DNA of 6,327 nt, from positions 1 to 6,327 of the IMG/VR virus record IMGVR_UViG_3300045988_028566; one strand, 5' to 3'. The position numbers were made by a program, and so were the translations under genes. This document shows, one piece after another, positions 5,171 to 6,327 of this stretch (positions are counted from its first letter, which is position 1; each line of letters begins with the position of its first letter). Origin of the DNA: a virus. The notes beneath the pieces were generated by a model. The model was given only the letters and a program-made list of their open reading frames with translations, did no database searches and was not told the DNA's origin.

Positions 5171-5610
5171 TGAGCAGATCCGTCAGGTGCGGACGAAGAC
5201 TCGGGCGCTGACTGATTCTCTGCCAACATCGCTTCGGCATAAGCCGATAATTCAGATTTCTCACTAGCCAACTGACGGAGGACAGCCTGACGTTCAGACA
5301 TAGTCTGACAGTGACGCGAAACAACACAATTAAATCGTTCTTCGTCAGTCATATTATCCATAACAGTAGACTGAGTAGGATGCATCTGGGCAATAATGCT
5401 CTGAACATTCATATCACCAAGCAAACGGCGGTACTTTTCCTGATTCAAAAGAATTTGTGTCATATCACACTGAATCAAATCACCATCAGGAAGTTCGTCA
5501 TACATAACCGAATCATAAACAGACGGCTGATAACACGGATTATTTTCAACACTAACAGGAATATAAGTGTCCTGAACAAAATCGGGATTAATATAAGCAA
5601 AACTTCTCAT
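5167..5610 (-). CDS. Acidic 147-aa protein (149 aa if the TTG at 5616 is used), possible internal scaffolding protein (VP3-like). Function assigned only from size, charge and position.
   Basis: The tracked start at 5616 is TTG (complement of caa). The first ATG is at 5610-5608, 11 nt after the VP1 stop. The TGA stop (5169-5167) overlaps the VP2 ATG (5170-5168) as ATGA. The protein is Asp/Glu-rich with a disordered-looking tail (ENQSAPESSSAPDGSAQ). Confidence 0.6.
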   Translation of the reverse strand: MRSFAYINPDFVQDTYIPVSVENNPCYQPSVYDSVMYDELPDGDLIQCDMTQILLNQEKYRRLLGDMNVQSIIAQMHPTQSTVMDNMTDEERFNCVVSRHCQTMSERQAVLRQLASEKSELSAYAEAMLAENQSAPESSSAPDGSAQ

Positions 5611-5621
5611 AATCAACTAAA

Positions 5622-6327
5622 TTAATAAGGTAAACCATTTCTATCCAAATTTTGGACAGCATATACCTGGAAATTAACATTACACAATAACTGATCAAAT
5701 GCAACAGAAGAATTCTGGCCTGAAACCTGAGGCTCAAAAATAGAATTCAATTGCTGAGGACGGACTTTCATGGACTGATAAGACCAAGAACCAGAAGAAG
5801 TCAAAACATCCCAACCATCAATAGGAGCGGACCAAGACTGGTAGGCCAGACCAGAACGGAAACCAGCATGAACGGTATCAATATTAGATTTCCATTGCCA
5901 ATAGCGCAAATTATAGCCAATCGAGGCAGGAACAGAACGACTAGGATTATTATGAAGATTCAAGCCAGGAACAGCCTGCATGCCCAATTGGTCAAATGCA
6001 GGTTGAGGAAAGTCAGATATAGAAGAAACGGTCAATTGAGGATTTTGACCTGTCAAATTCCAATCTACCAAAGGGACAGCATGATAAACACAAATAATCA
6101 CCTGATGCTCGGCACCACAATCATAAGTAATAGTATGACCAGAATTAGAACCAACACCTTTACCAGCAATAACAGCCTGAGAATTATCAGCAGTAAGATT
6201 CGTATTAAGAACCTCATTAATATTAATTACACTGGACCAACCACCAATATAGTGAGAATGATTGCCCATATATTCGGGAGCTTTAATACCGAACTGAGCG
6301 GCCATCTGATCTGAATAGTCCTTACTA
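5622..6327 (-). CDS. VP1: Major capsid protein VP1, C-terminal part (216 aa plus stop in 5622-6272). 6273-6327 repeats codons already counted at 1-55.
   Basis: Position 6272 is a first codon position in the frame of the tracked ORF 5622-6305, whose M is an internal Met. The joined gene is 1092+651=1743 nt, giving 580 aa and a TAA stop at 5624-5622. Confidence 0.93.
   Translation of the reverse strand, partial: SKDYSDQMAAQFGIKAPEYMGNHSHYIGGWSSVININEVLNTNLTADNSQAVIAGKGVGSNSGHTITYDCGAEHQVIICVYHAVPLVDWNLTGQNPQLTVSSISDFPQPAFDQLGMQAVPGLNLHNNPSRSVPASIGYNLRYWQWKSNIDTVHAGFRSGLAYQSWSAPIDGWDVLTSSGSWSYQSMKVRPQQLNSIFEPQVSGQNSSVAFDQLLCNVNFQVYAVQNLDRNGLPY
6273..6327. repeat. Terminal redundancy, right copy. 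Duplicates bases 1-55.
   Basis: Exact 55-nt identity with the window start. The capsid reading frame is continuous across the 1/6272 junction. Confidence 0.97.

Noticed and set aside
1179-6314. Plus-strand ORFs at 1179-1376, 2272-2739, 4022-4276, 4817-5113, 5311-5625 and 5751-6314 (up to 187 aa).
   Set aside because: They are antisense to genes with NNT codon bias. In the register-matched antisense frame, codons therefore start with A and cannot be stops. The translations are Ile/Thr/Asn/Arg/Ser-rich low-complexity strings with no recognisable motifs.

Overview
The window is one complete circular Microviridae (ssDNA phage) genome, linearised inside the major capsid gene. Bases 1-55 are identical to 6273-6327, so the unit genome is 6272 nt. 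All credible genes lie on the window minus strand, so that strand is mRNA sense and presumably the packaged strand. In transcription order they are: VP1 major capsid (1092->1, wrapping to 6272->5622, 580 aa), a 147-149 aa acidic protein (scaffold-like), VP2 pilot/minor capsid protein (360 aa), a strong intrinsic terminator, a non-core module (3927->2800), and the VP4 rolling-circle Rep (559 aa). Genome size, the long Rep and a textbook Bacteroidetes-type promoter (TTTG-N19-TAnnTTTG) suggest an Alpavirinae-like phage of a Bacteroidetes host; this is inference. The non-core module holds the most interesting content. (1) A minimal M15-family zinc peptidase (endolysin-like). (2) A 27-aa Gly/Ala/Ser-rich transmembrane peptide whose TGA overlaps the peptidase ATG. 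(3) A roughly 160-nt GC-rich island (about 59% GC against about 34% next door, hand counts) packed with hairpins, where the codon bias of the enclosing ORF collapses. (4) A nested stem-loop element at 3493-3560. The genome has a strong NNT codon bias. That bias explains essentially all other ORFs in the supplied track as +1-frame or antisense shadows. No rRNA, tRNA, CRISPR array, integrase or transposase was seen. Nothing here was checked against a database.
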